Source: Squalus acanthias
Lineage: Eukaryota
Assembly (NCBI GenBank): GCA_030390025.1
Contig: CM059432.1
Location: 148,306,001 to 148,370,000, forward strand
Direction: 5' to 3'
DNA length: 64,000 nt
Of this stretch, positions 62,056 through 64,000 are shown piece after piece (position 1 is the stretch's first letter; each line of letters begins with the position of its first letter). The position numbers and the translations under genes are program-made. The notes under the pieces were generated by a model. That model saw only the letters and a program-made list of their open reading frames with translations. It had not been told where the DNA came from and searched no databases.

Positions 62056-63569
62056 TTTCTGGAAATGTGTGAAAATGTTGTTGAAACCATGTTTAGCCTC
62101 TTCAGTGGAGGAGAATCCTTCCTATTACAGACAACAAACTCAAGCGCATGAGTACAAGACACAAAACTAGATCCTCAAAAAAAAGGCCATTCGAAACCAG
62201 TTGGTTAGTAACGGAAGTAAGAAGTAGCCATTGTTGGTCACCAGCATTAACGCTGTTTGAATATCAGATACCCTCATTGTGACATATTTGCCCGTAACAT
62301 TATTAGGAGGCGGCCGGTGATCACTTTGTCCTTTGACTGGAAAGGTTATGTCTTATAAATGTATATATTCTGAGTTTTATTACTACCTAAAAGTAATATG
62401 CAACAGTATTTCATCTTCCTAAACTGGACCGCTAGTTAATATACCATAATTGAATATTATACAGAGCTTTCTTTGTGGAATGTGGTAACATCTTTCAAAA
62501 CAAACCCATCCCACATAAATGAACAAAGGATAACTAAGGAATGATTCGCCAAGCAGCTGATGCAGGAGTCAAATGAGATGTGCTCCTCTCATTAAATTGA
62601 AATCGTGTCCTCGTATCACATGGCTTACATAGAGTAGGGGTGTCCAAACAGTGACCCCCGAACCCTGGCAATCAGCCCTTAAAGATCAGGCATCTCCATC
62701 CTATTTGCACTTATATTTCTTTCTTGTCCTGTTTGAATTTTGTGGGTTGTCTCATTGGTGGATCAATCCTAAATCAGAACACCTGTTAGTATCAGCAACG
62801 CAAGATATATGTGCAAATTAATAGAAACATGAATTTAAACCTGGCCTCTCGGCGAGGCTCCATGGTCGACAGCTTGAAGATAAAAGCTTGGACACCCTGA
62901 CGCAGAAAATGTATTACATTCAGCCTGGTTCCTTTGGACTGTAGGTGCCATCAGCAGCAGATCAGTGCCTGCTGTGTTCAGGGGAATTTTACACTGAAGG
63001 ACAATGCACCGGAGAAGTGTGACGTGATCGGGACCTCGATTCTGCCATAATACTGCAAAAGTAACCTGAACTTACATAGAGGTGGGGATATAACCTGAAA
63101 TGGGGGCGAGTCAATAGCTCAAATAGTAATGGCCTCATCTTCCAAGATAAAGTTTGGAGTCCAACTCCCTCCCTTGACTGATAATCAAGACACAAACTCC
63201 AGCCCCAAACTCCATAGGGCAGAATTTCCACTTGGTGAAGTTCTCATTATATGCTTGTAGTACAGGACTAATCCTGTGATCCCACACTCTCCACGGGAGT
63301 TAGAGCATCAACACCTTATTCCTGATTCTCTGACCTGTACTTCTGCAATCATGGGATTAGCTCATACTTTCCAGGGCGCACTATTTTTGCACAGGCATTA
63401 ACCAGTTTCTTTTATTATTATAAAAATGGCAGCACCAACTCCATTTTATAGAAAGCACCTCTTCTAGCCAATCATCAAGCAGCATCAAGGAGCCTTCGAC
63501 CATTCGTGTCATTCTATAAAAGAGCAAGAAACTGACTTTTCAGAAAAAAAACTAACCCCCAGTATTTTA

Positions 63570-64000
63570 AACATAGAAGATAGGAGCAGGAGTAGGCCAT
63601 TCGGCCCCTCGAGCCTGTTCCGCCATTCAATGCGATCATGGCTGATCATCCAAATTCAGTACCCTGTCCCTGCTTTCTCCCCATATCCCTTGATCCCTTA
63701 GCCTTAAGAAATATATCTAACTCCTTCTTGAATATATTTAATGAATTGGCCTCAACTGCCTTGTGTGGTAGAGAATTCCACAGGTTCACCACTCTCTGGG
63801 TGAAGAAATTCCTCCTCATCTCAGTCCTAAATGGCTTACCCCTTATCCTTAGACTGTAACCCCTGGTTCTGGACTCCCCCGCCATCGGGAACATCCTTCC
63901 TGCATCTAGTCTGTCTAGTCCTGTTAGAATTTTATAAGTTTCAATGAGATCCCCTCTCATTCTTCTAAACTCTAGCGAATATAAGCCTAATCGACCCAAT
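63570..64000 (-). mobile_element. CR1 (HER1-like) 3' end, continues beyond the window
   Basis: ORF 63646-63999 reads LGLYSLEFRRMRGDLIETYK..RVVNLWNSLP, with the CR1 tail. Confidence 0.9.

Noticed and set aside
60392..63231. Short unique-sequence ORFs (60392-60589, 62989-63231) as host genes
   Set aside because: No recognisable domains, and the lengths are compatible with chance.

Overview
This is repeat-saturated vertebrate genomic DNA. The repeat set (HE1/V-SINE, DeuSINE-type SINEs, CR1, L2, RTE, Penelope-like elements) points to a cartilaginous fish. No host protein-coding gene could be identified with confidence. The window is dominated by PIF/Harbinger DNA transposons: three full-length elements (15966-20544, ~22615-31072, 40634-44878) and one partial copy (~49880-51780). 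Each carries a HARBI1-type DDE transposase and a convergent three-exon Myb/SANT-like gene, and several MITEs are present. Highlights: (i) element 15966-20544 has an open spliced Myb-like ORF and a transposase broken only by one SINE insertion; (ii) a 3.8-kb 37/39-bp minisatellite grew from a single-copy motif in a Harbinger intron, and the unamplified monomer is visible in a sister copy; (iii) four Penelope-type insertions have 10-15 bp TSDs, three of them carry intact-looking minimal hammerhead ribozymes, and one is a 374-nt tandem retrozyme-like mini-element; (iv) two solo LTRs and an intron-containing tRNA-Tyr fragment are present. All calls were made by eye, with no database searches.
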